NCBI GenBank assembly: GCA_002713205.1
Contig: PAVW01000017.1
Location: 22,581 to 54,580 of the forward strand
Length of the DNA stretch: 32,000 nt
Source of the DNA: Nitrososphaerota archaeon
Lineage (GTDB): Archaea > Thermoproteota > Nitrososphaeria > Nitrososphaerales > UBA57
Direction: 5' to 3'
The position numbers were made by a program, and so were the translations under genes. Position 1 is the first letter of the stretch; each line of letters starts with the position of its first letter. This document shows, in pieces, positions 23,925-32,000 of this stretch. The notes under the pieces are model-generated. The model was not told where the DNA came from, did not search any database, and saw only the letters and a list, made by a program, of their open reading frames with translations.

Positions 23925-24809
23925 TTACGCCTCTTTGATTCCATCTTCATCAATTTTAAAATTAACACATTCTCCATAATTATTTGTGGCTTTCCATACA
24001 TTGTTGATCCTTTGTAGATATATTCGTAAATGAATTGTTCTATTCACCAAATTGTAATATGTTTCTTTTTCTAATTCTACTAAATTATTTAAATCAGCTC
24101 GTACAGTATTTGTAATAACTATGGAAAGTTTATGATTCCAAGCTAGATTTGTAAGTCTTTGAATATATTCTAATAATGCTGATTTTAACTCTTTTATTGG
24201 AAAACTTAAATGGTCGGTAAAATTAGCTGTTAAATCATCTATCAGTACTAAATCAACATTTTTTTTGTTTATGAAATTTAAAATATTATCCACACTATCT
24301 AACTGATAATTTAGAGCATTTGAATTTAATACAAAAATATTCTTGAAAACTCTTTCATGATTAAATGATTTTGCCTTGCATATTTGTAAAATTCTTTCTG
24401 GCCTAAAATTTCCCGTTGAATCTATGATTAACACATTGGAATTTTGTTCAGCGGCGTTTAATGCAGTTTGAAATATCAGTTGAGATTTTCCTGTAGCACT
24501 TGCGCCATACAAATCAGTTATTATTCCTTGCGGAAAACCACGTGTTATGTTATTTAATGCATTACAACCAGTATCAAATTTTGCTTTTTGTTTAGATTTA
24601 GAATCTAAAAACTTAACCCAGGGAAGAGAATTCTTTAATGATTTATTTATACTATTTTTGTAGTTTATATCGTTGTTTCTTGTCGACATTAATAAATCAA
24701 AATCATTGTAAATATTAGAATCATTTAATTCTTGTATGAAATCTATGTTTTGATTATTTCTTTCTAAATTTAACAAGTTTATTTTATTAATATAATATAC
24801 AATATACAA
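23925..24809 (-). CDS. RecA/RadA-superfamily ATPase paralog (RadB/aRadC/KaiC-like)
   Basis: It has FDTGCNALNNITRGFPQGIITDLYGASATGKSQ (Walker A) and VDLVLIDDLT (Walker B), and lacks a RadA HhH domain. The first 40 codons look like translated AT-rich spacer; an alternative ATG lies at 24689. Confidence 0.7.
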   Translation of the reverse strand: MYIVYYINKINLLNLERNNQNIDFIQELNDSNIYNDFDLLMSTRNNDINYKNSINKSLKNSLPWVKFLDSKSKQKAKFDTGCNALNNITRGFPQGIITDLYGASATGKSQLIFQTALNAAEQNSNVLIIDSTGNFRPERILQICKAKSFNHERVFKNIFVLNSNALNYQLDSVDNILNFINKKNVDLVLIDDLTANFTDHLSFPIKELKSALLEYIQRLTNLAWNHKLSIVITNTVRADLNNLVELEKETYYNLVNRTIHLRIYLQRINNVWKATNNYGECVNFKIDEDGIKEA

Positions 24810-24856
24810 AGCTTTTTATTTTTAAACGTTTTATTTTCGATTAGTCGATAAATAAA

Positions 24857-25117
24857 TTGAATTATAACAATGACGAATATAAAATAAAGAAACCACTAAC
24901 TACTTTACAGAATGCCATTAACAAAAATGTTTTAGTTCGATTAAAAAATGATATTGAATATACCGGTAAAATGAAGAATGTTGATGTTTATATGAATATA
25001 CTTCTGATTAATGCTGAAGAACATGAAAATGGTTCTATGTCTGCCAACTTTGGTAAAGTTGTTATACGTGGAAATAACGTTTTGTTCATTAACATTCTCC
25101 CAGATATTCCTCTGTGA
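24857..25117 (+). CDS. Sm-like archaeal protein (LSm/SmAP)
   Basis: It has Sm1 (VLVRLKNDIEYTGKMKNVDVYMNILL) and Sm2 (VVIRGNNVLFI) motifs. The start is TTG. Confidence 0.85.
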   Translation: MNYNNDEYKIKKPLTTLQNAINKNVLVRLKNDIEYTGKMKNVDVYMNILLINAEEHENGSMSANFGKVVIRGNNVLFINILPDIPL

Positions 25118-25169
25118 TTTTCTTGACACCAAATAGTCATTTACATGTTAAAATTTAGGAAATGTTATA

Positions 25170-26267
25170 ATGGGAAGGCATTTCGTTTTTACTTCAGAAT
25201 CCGTTTCACCAGGACATCCTGATAAGGTCGCGGATCAAATTAGCGATGCGTTAGTTGATGCAGCTTTATTAGCTGGTGATAAAACTACACGATGTGGAAT
25301 TGAAACAGCTCTCACTACGAACTATGTTCTGGTTTTTGGAGAAACTAAAAACTTCTTACCAAATTCCGCAGAAGTGGAGTCTATTATTCGAAATAAGGTA
25401 CGTGAAATTGGTTATGAACAGGAAGGATTTCATTGGAAAAATTTAACTTTTGAAAATCTGTTACATAATCAATCCTCAGATATTGCACTGGGTACTGATG
25501 ATTTTGGTGCAGGTGATCAAGGATTAATGTTTGGTTATGCATGTAAAGAAACACCTTCAATGATGCCTGCACCAATCCATTACTCACATCAAATTTTATA
25601 CCAGTTAAATAATATTAGAAAAAAAAATCCTCTTGTGCTTGGTCCTGATTCTAAAAGTCAAGTTAGTATAGTATATGAAAATGGTAAACCCGTGTATATT
25701 AACAAAATAGTTGTTTCAACACAACATGCAGAAGGAGAAAATAAAATGGCACGACATTTTGCAGAAACGGCTATTAATGCTTCATGTGGAGATCTCATTG
25801 ATACTAATCGCACCGAGTTTTTAATTAATCCGACTGGTAATTTTGTTATTGGAGGGCCACAAGGTGATGCTGGAATTACTGGCCGTAAAATTATTGTTGA
25901 TACATATGGTGGATATGCACCACATGGCGGTGGGGCATTTTCAGGCAAGGACCCTACAAAGGTAGATCGTTCAGCAGCTTATATGGCTCGATGGTTGGCA
26001 AAGAATGTGGTAGCCAATGACTGGGCTGATTGGTGTAATATTCAATTAAGCTATGCTATTGGAGTTAAAGAACCGACATCATTGTACGTTGATTCTAATG
26101 GAGACAATTCATCTATTGAAAGTAAGATTCGTGAAGCACATAATCTCACCCCTCTTGGTATTATTGACAAGTTTGATCTCTTCAACTTTACAGAATACTC
26201 GAAAAATTGTATCTATGGACATTTTGGGAATAAAAATGTACCATGGGAAAGTATTGAAAAATGGTAA
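25170..26267 (+). CDS. metK: S-adenosylmethionine synthetase, bacterial/eukaryotic (MetK) type
   Basis: FTSESVSPGHPDKVADQISDALVDA, GAGDQGLMFGYA, GGGAFSGKDPTKVDRSAAY. Confidence 0.95.
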   Translation: MGRHFVFTSESVSPGHPDKVADQISDALVDAALLAGDKTTRCGIETALTTNYVLVFGETKNFLPNSAEVESIIRNKVREIGYEQEGFHWKNLTFENLLHNQSSDIALGTDDFGAGDQGLMFGYACKETPSMMPAPIHYSHQILYQLNNIRKKNPLVLGPDSKSQVSIVYENGKPVYINKIVVSTQHAEGENKMARHFAETAINASCGDLIDTNRTEFLINPTGNFVIGGPQGDAGITGRKIIVDTYGGYAPHGGGAFSGKDPTKVDRSAAYMARWLAKNVVANDWADWCNIQLSYAIGVKEPTSLYVDSNGDNSSIESKIREAHNLTPLGIIDKFDLFNFTEYSKNCIYGHFGNKNVPWESIEKW

Positions 26268-26366
26268 ATATACACAGATAATATTTTACTATAATATTGA
26301 CATAACATTTGACTCCCGTTCATTCTTTACAAACAAAACTTTTTACTTATCTATGACTGATATCTA

Positions 26367-27329
26367 TTGATAAAAATGATTTCATTAGTTGGAAAGCAAA
26401 ACAGCTTACTTCCACAACAAATATCTAATAATCTTGATTCTCATACGGGTACGATATTGTTGAAACGTGGTTTTGCACACATGCTCAAACATGGCGTTAT
26501 TATGGATGTTACTAATGTCAATCAAGCACAGATTGCAGAGGAAGCTGGAGCTGTTGCAGTTATGGTTCTTGATAAATTACCTGTTGAGGTAAGACAATCT
26601 GGTGGAGTTGCTCGTACTGCAGGAATGAAAATAATTAAAGATGTTGTAAATAACATATCTATTCCTGTAATGGCAAAGTGTCGAATTGGTCATATTTCTG
26701 AAGCATTAATATTGGAAAATTCAGGTGTTGATATGATTGATGAATCAGAAGTTTTGACTCCTGCTGATGAATCTTCCCATATATGGAAATGGGATTTTAC
26801 TACTCCTTTTGTAGATGGCGCAAAAAATCTTGGCCAAGCTTTACGAAGAATTGAAGAAGGTGCATCAATGATGCGTACTAAAGGTGAACCTGGAACTGGA
26901 AATATCGTTGAAGCTGTTCGACATATACGTTCTATGAATCAAGATATTGCAAAAATAAGCTATTTCTATAATCTCCAAGATAAGCAAGAATTATTCCGTA
27001 TTTCAAAAGAATTGAACACTTCATATGAATTAGTTGTTGAAACCGGCCGTTTGGGAAGATTACCTGTTGTAAATTTCGCTGCAGGGGGAATTACAACTCC
27101 TGCCGATGCCGCTTTAATGATGAAACTTGGTTGTGATGGTGTATTTGTTGGGTCAGGAATATACAAATCCTTGGACCCTCTTGAAAGGGCATCTGCTATT
27201 GTTTTGGCAACTACTTTTCATGATAAAGTTGAAGTAATTGCGGAAGCACAAGAGATGATTGATGAAAAAAAATCTATGACAGGCATAGGTGATGATCTCG
27301 ATCTCAATATGCAAGACCGTGGTATATGA
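26367..27329 (+). CDS. pdxS: Pyridoxal 5'-phosphate synthase lyase subunit PdxS
   Basis: Motifs are [47 protein letters not shown] and [17 protein letters not shown]. The track start is TTG at 26367; an ATG at 26376 is an equally plausible start. Confidence 0.95.
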   Translation: MIKMISLVGKQNSLLPQQISNNLDSHTGTILLKRGFAHMLKHGVIMDVTNVNQAQIAEEAGAVAVMVLDKLPVEVRQSGGVARTAGMKIIKDVVNNISIPVMAKCRIGHISEALILENSGVDMIDESEVLTPADESSHIWKWDFTTPFVDGAKNLGQALRRIEEGASMMRTKGEPGTGNIVEAVRHIRSMNQDIAKISYFYNLQDKQELFRISKELNTSYELVVETGRLGRLPVVNFAAGGITTPADAALMMKLGCDGVFVGSGIYKSLDPLERASAIVLATTFHDKVEVIAEAQEMIDEKKSMTGIGDDLDLNMQDRGI

Positions 27330-27943
27330 TGAAAAAAGTCAATATAGGTATTCTTGGTGTACAGGGTGACATAGAAGAACATATTGTTTCTGTTGAATCT
27401 GCTTTTAGAGAAACTGCTATGGATGGCATTGTTAGTATAGTGAAATATCCTGAACAAATTGATTCTATTAATGGCCTAATAATTCCTGGAGGAGAAAGTA
27501 CCTCTATTGGTAAATTATCCAATACTCCGAACTTTCATAACAATATTAAAAAGAAAATTACTCAAGGTATGCCTGTATTAGGAACATGTGCAGGTCTGAT
27601 CTTCTTATCCAATCAAATTGTTCAAAGCCCATCAAATATCTCACAAAAACTCTTAGGAGCACTCGAAATAGAAACCGAACGTAATGCATTTGGAAGACAA
27701 CACGACTCTTTCCAATCTGAATTTCCAATTCCCAAATTTGGCTTAGATAAATTTATGGGTGTATTCATTCGTGCCCCTAGAATACGAAGTATTGGATCAA
27801 ATGTTGAAATACTTGCCAAATTAAATGACACTATTATTGCTGTTAAACAAGGTAATATTATTGCAACTTGTTTTCATCCAGAACTATCTAATACTGTAAT
27901 ATTTCATAAATACCTGATCGAATTGGTTCGAGAAACACTGTGA
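27326..27943 (+). CDS. pdxT: Pyridoxal 5'-phosphate synthase glutaminase subunit PdxT
   Basis: Motifs are [33 protein letters not shown] (catalytic Cys) and FHPELS. It has an ATGA overlap with pdxS. Confidence 0.95.
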   Translation: MMKKVNIGILGVQGDIEEHIVSVESAFRETAMDGIVSIVKYPEQIDSINGLIIPGGESTSIGKLSNTPNFHNNIKKKITQGMPVLGTCAGLIFLSNQIVQSPSNISQKLLGALEIETERNAFGRQHDSFQSEFPIPKFGLDKFMGVFIRAPRIRSIGSNVEILAKLNDTIIAVKQGNIIATCFHPELSNTVIFHKYLIELVRETL

Positions 27944-28248
27944 AAATATCCGATCTGCAAGATGAACAAAAAAATGTAAGTATTGGAGGTCGTGTAATTT
28001 TTATCAGTCAAACTCGAGAAGTTCATTTAAAATCTGGTGATGTACAAAAAGTAACACCTGTTTCTATACAGGATGATTCTGGTTCTATTGTAGTTAGTTT
28101 ATGGGGTGATTTGATAAATAAAATTGAATTAAATTCTGAAATCCGAATAGAAAAAGCATATGTAACTAAATTTCATGATAATTTACAACTTAATTTAGGT
28201 TTCTATGGAAAATTATTTTTATTATTAAATAACACTGAATCTGTATAA
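27940..28248 (+). CDS. Single OB-fold protein resembling crenarchaeal-type SSB, without a C-terminal tail
   Basis: ISDLQDEQKNVSIGGRV...IQDDSGSIVVSLWGD...IRIEKAYVTKFHDNLQLNLG parallels the Sulfolobus SSB pattern (VGDETGRVKLTLWGK...[20 protein letters not shown]). Its GTG start overlaps the pdxT stop (GTGA). Confidence 0.55.
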   Translation: MKISDLQDEQKNVSIGGRVIFISQTREVHLKSGDVQKVTPVSIQDDSGSIVVSLWGDLINKIELNSEIRIEKAYVTKFHDNLQLNLGFYGKLFLLLNNTESV

Positions 28249-28259
28249 TTAGTATTTCA

Positions 28260-29906
28260 TTATTTGTTGTTCTTTTGTTCTATTGCAGTTTTTATAAAGT
28301 GATAATAAATTGGTTCTGGTTTACCAGGACGACTCAAAAATTCTGGGTGATACTGCGTTGCTATATAAAATGGATGTGATGCCAATTCCATTATTTCTGT
28401 TCTTTTTCCATTATCACTAAATCCTGATAATGTTAATTTTTTTTCCTCAAACACTGATTGATATTTTTTATTAAATTCATATCTATGTCTATGGCGTTGT
28501 CTAATCATATTTGTCTTATATATTTCAAATGCTTTAGTGTTGTTTTTTACTTCGATATTGTGGCCTCCTAATCTCATGCTTCCACCTTTACTGTCGATTC
28601 GTTTCTGTGATGGTAAAATATTTATTATTGGGTTTTTTGTTTTTGGTTCTAGTTCTATCGAATTTGCATCTTTTATACCACACACATGTCTTGCGAAGGC
28701 AATAAGTGATAATTGAAATCCGAAACACAGACCAAGAAATGGTTTTTTTGATTCTCTTGCATAGTTCGCTGCTAGGATTATGCCTTCTGCTCCTCTTTCA
28801 CCAAATCCACCTGGAACAATAAGACCATCATATTTCTTTAGTTTCAAAAGAGATTTTTCATCATCTTCAAATACTGAACTATCTACCCATTCTACGTTTA
28901 CCATGTGATTCTGATATGCTGCAGCATGTATCAATGCCTGATTAACGCTTACATAACTATCACTTAACGCAACATACTTTCCAATCATTCCAATATTTAT
29001 AATTTTTCGATTATTTCCTAACGATTTGGTCACTGTTTTCCAGTCTTTCCAATTCATCTCCCTTGTAGATAGTCGTAATTTTTCAATTATTGGAAAAATT
29101 ATTCCATCATTATACAAATTCTCAGGAACATTATATATTGAATCACAATCAGGATTCGAAATAATACTGTTTAATTCTACACTGGTAAATAACGATATCT
29201 TTCTTTTTGAAGCGTCTGTAATTTTTTGTTTACTTCTAACTACTATTATGTCTGGTTGTAACCCAATTCTTCGTAATTCTTGAACACTATGTTGTGTAGG
29301 CTTTGTTTTTTCTTCTCCTACAGGATCTAAGATTGGTGCTAGTGTAACATGGACAAAAAGCGTATTATTTTGCCCTTCCTCTAATCTCATCTGTCTGACA
29401 GATTCTATAAATGGAAGACTTTCAATATCTCCAACTGTTCCTCCACATTCTACAAGTACAATCCCTTTTTGTTTTACTGCAACATCTCTTATTTTTTCCT
29501 TAATTCTATCTGTAATATTTGGTATGATCTGAACACATTCACCTAGAAAATCCCCATGACGTTCTGCTTGAATTACATCAAGATAAATTTGTCCTGTAGT
29601 GATATTGTGTTCTTTGGATAGATTTTTATTTAGAAATCTTTCATATGTGCCTATATCCATATCTGTTTCACCGCCATCGTCTGTTACGAATACTTCTCCA
29701 TGTGCAAATGGATTCATAGTTCCTGCATCTACATTGATATATGGATCAATTTTTATACACGTTACTTGTATGCCATATAAATCCAATAATTTTGCAATTG
29801 AAGCTGTAACAATTCCTTTACCAATACCAGAAAGAACACCTCCAGTGACAAAAATATACTTGGGTGCCTGAGACAAATTTGGCCGTGATGTCTGCATATA
29901 TGACAA
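28260..29906 (-). CDS. pyrG: CTP synthase
   Basis: Motifs are KYIFVTGGVLSGIGKG, DPYINVDAGTMNPFAHGEVFVTDDGGETDMDIG and GLCFGFQ (GATase Cys). Confidence 0.95.
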   Translation of the reverse strand: MSYMQTSRPNLSQAPKYIFVTGGVLSGIGKGIVTASIAKLLDLYGIQVTCIKIDPYINVDAGTMNPFAHGEVFVTDDGGETDMDIGTYERFLNKNLSKEHNITTGQIYLDVIQAERHGDFLGECVQIIPNITDRIKEKIRDVAVKQKGIVLVECGGTVGDIESLPFIESVRQMRLEEGQNNTLFVHVTLAPILDPVGEEKTKPTQHSVQELRRIGLQPDIIVVRSKQKITDASKRKISLFTSVELNSIISNPDCDSIYNVPENLYNDGIIFPIIEKLRLSTREMNWKDWKTVTKSLGNNRKIINIGMIGKYVALSDSYVSVNQALIHAAAYQNHMVNVEWVDSSVFEDDEKSLLKLKKYDGLIVPGGFGERGAEGIILAANYARESKKPFLGLCFGFQLSLIAFARHVCGIKDANSIELEPKTKNPIINILPSQKRIDSKGGSMRLGGHNIEVKNNTKAFEIYKTNMIRQRHRHRYEFNKKYQSVFEEKKLTLSGFSDNGKRTEIMELASHPFYIATQYHPEFLSRPGKPEPIYYHFIKTAIEQKNNK

Positions 29907-30010
29907 TCCATGTTGTCTGTTTTAACCATTTCTGAATTATATTAAATATACATTAAAGATACTTCAGTATACTTAATATTAATAAATAGTAAAATTATTA
30001 ATGTCTAGGA

Positions 30011-30904
30011 TTGTTTTCTGCTTTCTCTCCCGGTCAAATCACTGGTTTTTTCAAATTACATTATTCTAAAAATTTTCTCTTTTCGGGTTCTACAGGTGCT
30101 GGTATATGTATTTCAAATGGTGTTGAGACATCAGTTAAGTTAAAATCCTCTCAAAAAACAAAATTCAAAATACAAATTAATAATCAATTGACTAATGATG
30201 CTATTGTATCGAAATTTGTGGCACGAACAATGACCTCTAAACTAAATCAACATTATGAAATTTCTATTAAACATTATTCGGATATACCGATTGGTTGTGG
30301 TTATGGTTCAAGTGGTTCCGCTGCATTGAGTTTGGCATATGCATTAAATGAAGCTCTAAGTCTTGGTCTAAGTCAAGAAAAAACTGCTCAAATTGCTCAT
30401 ATAGCTGAAATTAAATGTAGAACCGGACTTGGTACTGTACTTTCTTTATATAATGGTGGCGCACACCTTCGTTTAAATCCAGGTGCTCCAGGAATTGGTA
30501 AAGTGCTAAAGTTTAATTCTAATAATCGTATTATTGCAACTTTCACATTAGGAAATATATCAACACAAGATATATTATTGAATCCTGCAGTTCCTTCTTT
30601 TGTTAATAACCTTGGTCAAACACTTATACAAAAATTCACTAATAATCCTTCTGTAGATCTATTTCTTACTTTGTCGAGATATTTTGCCCTTTCTTTGAAT
30701 TTTTTTCCTTATAATTTATATCAATTTATGAAATTAGCTGATAGATATGATATTGTATGCAGTATGAATATGTTTGGCTATTCAATATTTTCTATTATAA
30801 AATCTAATGAAAAAGCTGAATTTTATAATTTATTCCGTAAATCCAATATAAAAGGAAAACTTATCTTTTCAAATATAGATAATATTGGAGCACATTTATT
30901 ATGA
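30011..30904 (+). CDS. Pantoate kinase (archaeal CoA pathway, GHMP kinase family)
   Basis: It has the N-terminal SPGQITGFF and the GHMP motif IPIGCGYGSSGSAALSLAYALN. It lies directly upstream of, and ATGA-coupled to, phosphopantothenate synthetase. The only possible start is TTG at 30011, because an in-frame stop lies at 29999-30001. Confidence 0.8.
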   Translation: MFSAFSPGQITGFFKLHYSKNFLFSGSTGAGICISNGVETSVKLKSSQKTKFKIQINNQLTNDAIVSKFVARTMTSKLNQHYEISIKHYSDIPIGCGYGSSGSAALSLAYALNEALSLGLSQEKTAQIAHIAEIKCRTGLGTVLSLYNGGAHLRLNPGAPGIGKVLKFNSNNRIIATFTLGNISTQDILLNPAVPSFVNNLGQTLIQKFTNNPSVDLFLTLSRYFALSLNFFPYNLYQFMKLADRYDIVCSMNMFGYSIFSIIKSNEKAEFYNLFRKSNIKGKLIFSNIDNIGAHLL

Positions 30905-31665
30905 CTTTTATAACAATACCTAAAAATCATCCAAGAGCAAAATCACTTAAAGTCAGAGAAACAATCTCACAATCTTTTTCTGATGGTGTTGTCGTTTCTT
31001 CAGGATTAATTGCTCATGGCCGAGGAGAAGCATTTGATTACATTCTTGGTGAAAAAACATTACCTGTAACAATGACAGCTATAAGAGCTGCTGTCGCAGA
31101 ATTGTTATTATATAAATCAGTCATATCTGTTAATGGTAATGTAGCTGCATTACAATGTAAAAATATCATAACTCTAGCTAATCTAACTAATTCTCAAATT
31201 GAAATTAATTTATTTTATAGAACTGAACATCGCATTCAAAAAATTCATGAATTATTCAAGAAATACACTGATAACAATATATTGGGAACTGACAAAAAAT
31301 ATCTCGTAAAAATTCCTGAGCTTCAAAGTCTAAGACGCTTTGCTGATAAACGAGGAATTATAAAATCTGATGTCGTTTTTATTCCACTCGAAGATGGAGA
31401 TAGAGCCGAATCACTTGTAAATATAGGGAAAAGAGTTCTAACTGTTGATTTGAATCCTTTATCCAGAACATCCAAAATGTCTAACATAACTATTGTCGAT
31501 AATATAATGAGAGCTATCCCTGTGATGATTTTAGAATGTCGAAAAATGAAACAATTACCAATCAACGACTTAAAAAAGATATTATCAGATTTTGATAACG
31601 AGAATCAATTAAATTTAATTCTAGACCATATTTCTACAAGATTAATATCTTTGTCAAACAAATAA
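30901..31665 (+). CDS. 4-phosphopantoate--beta-alanine ligase (archaeal phosphopantothenate synthetase, COG1701)
   Basis: IPKNHPRAKSL...GLIAHGRGEAFDYILGEKT matches the conserved N-terminus of archaeal PPS. Confidence 0.85.
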   Translation: MTFITIPKNHPRAKSLKVRETISQSFSDGVVVSSGLIAHGRGEAFDYILGEKTLPVTMTAIRAAVAELLLYKSVISVNGNVAALQCKNIITLANLTNSQIEINLFYRTEHRIQKIHELFKKYTDNNILGTDKKYLVKIPELQSLRRFADKRGIIKSDVVFIPLEDGDRAESLVNIGKRVLTVDLNPLSRTSKMSNITIVDNIMRAIPVMILECRKMKQLPINDLKKILSDFDNENQLNLILDHISTRLISLSNK

Positions 31666-31685
31666 TTAATGAGGAATACTTTAAA

Positions 31686-32000
31686 ATGAATGTTCGAAAG
31701 TTAATTAATCTGAAGGAACAGGGAAGACGAATAACCGCTATAACTGCATACGATTATTCATTTGCAACAATTGCCGAATCAGCAAATATTGATATTATTT
31801 TGGTTGGTGATTCTGGAGCTATGGTTATGTTTGGTTATGAAAATACTACTCCAGCAACAATGGAAGAAATGTTGCTTATGACAAAAGCTGTTTCACGTGG
31901 TGCTAAAAAACCATTATTAGTTGCCGATATGCCTTTTATGTCTTATCATGTTTCTATTGAAGAATCAATTCGTAACGCAGGAAAATTTGTGAAGGATAGT
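31686..32000 (+). CDS. panB: 3-methyl-2-oxobutanoate hydroxymethyltransferase (ketopantoate hydroxymethyltransferase), with its 3' end truncated by the window end
   Basis: ITAITAYDYSFATIAESANIDIILVGDSGAMVMFGYENT and LVADMPFMSY are PanB signatures. The frame is open to the window end (105 codons). Confidence 0.9.
   Translation, partial: MNVRKLINLKEQGRRITAITAYDYSFATIAESANIDIILVGDSGAMVMFGYENTTPATMEEMLLMTKAVSRGAKKPLLVADMPFMSYHVSIEESIRNAGKFVKDS

Noticed and set aside
23446-23979. 177-aa plus-strand ORF spanning the EMC6-like 3' half and the whole hypothetical minus-strand gene
   Set aside because: It is out of frame with the EMC6-like gene, whose homology runs to its own stop. Its translation is a low-complexity F/S/I/L string. 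It is most likely a shadow of 23529-23921.
25658-25948. 96-aa minus-strand ORF that is rich in Pro and Cys for this genome
   Set aside because: It lies antisense to the most conserved (and more GC-rich) part of metK, so it is a composition artefact.
27218-27522. Two minus-strand ORFs across the pdxS/pdxT junction
   Set aside because: They are antisense to two strongly supported, ATGA-coupled genes and have no motifs.
1-32000. Scan for CRISPR arrays, IS elements or transposases, rRNA genes and long tandem or inverted repeats
   Set aside because: None was seen. Short repeats such as GTT runs at 14860-14880 and the K/E-rich repeat DNA at 21400-21560 are explained by coding sequence (a Thr/Pro stretch in the MenA-like protein and the NFACT coiled coil).

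Overview
The window is strongly AT-rich, compact and gene-dense. It looks archaeal, most likely a Nitrososphaerota (Thaumarchaeota), Nitrosopumilus-like genome. The archaeal hallmarks visible in the sequence are a tRNA with a bulge-helix-bulge intron, an Sm-like protein, a RadA paralog, an NFACT/Rqc2 homolog, a crenarchaeal-type SSB fold and the archaeal CoA route (pantoate kinase plus phosphopantothenate synthetase). All homology calls were made by eye from the ORF-track translations and remembered family motifs; no searches were run.

Layout:
- 1-7063: a nucleotide-sugar/glycan cluster with galU, ugd and uxs (UDP-Glc to UDP-GlcA to UDP-Xyl), plus a HAD phosphatase, an ATP-grasp ligase, a deacetylase-like protein and a cysteine-free QueF-family protein.
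- 7131-7221: tRNA-Arg(GCG) with a 15-nt non-canonical intron.
- 7223-13769: a tightly packed divergent 8-gene sulfur/selenium-trafficking locus. It holds a YeeE/YedE permease, three TusA-like carriers, a tandem rhodanese, a divergent SelD-like PurM-superfamily enzyme and two exported beta-propellers. This is the best candidate for an undescribed system.
- 13771-19446: housekeeping and envelope genes (MenA-like prenyltransferase, PAS protein, GT2, rhomboid, ICL/PEP-mutase family, GT1).
- 19475-32000: pyrC (no canonical start codon), NFACT, an EMC6-like membrane protein, a RadA paralog, LSm, metK, pdxS-pdxT-SSB-like, pyrG, and pantoate kinase, PPS and panB.

I saw no CRISPR array, transposase, integrase or rRNA.
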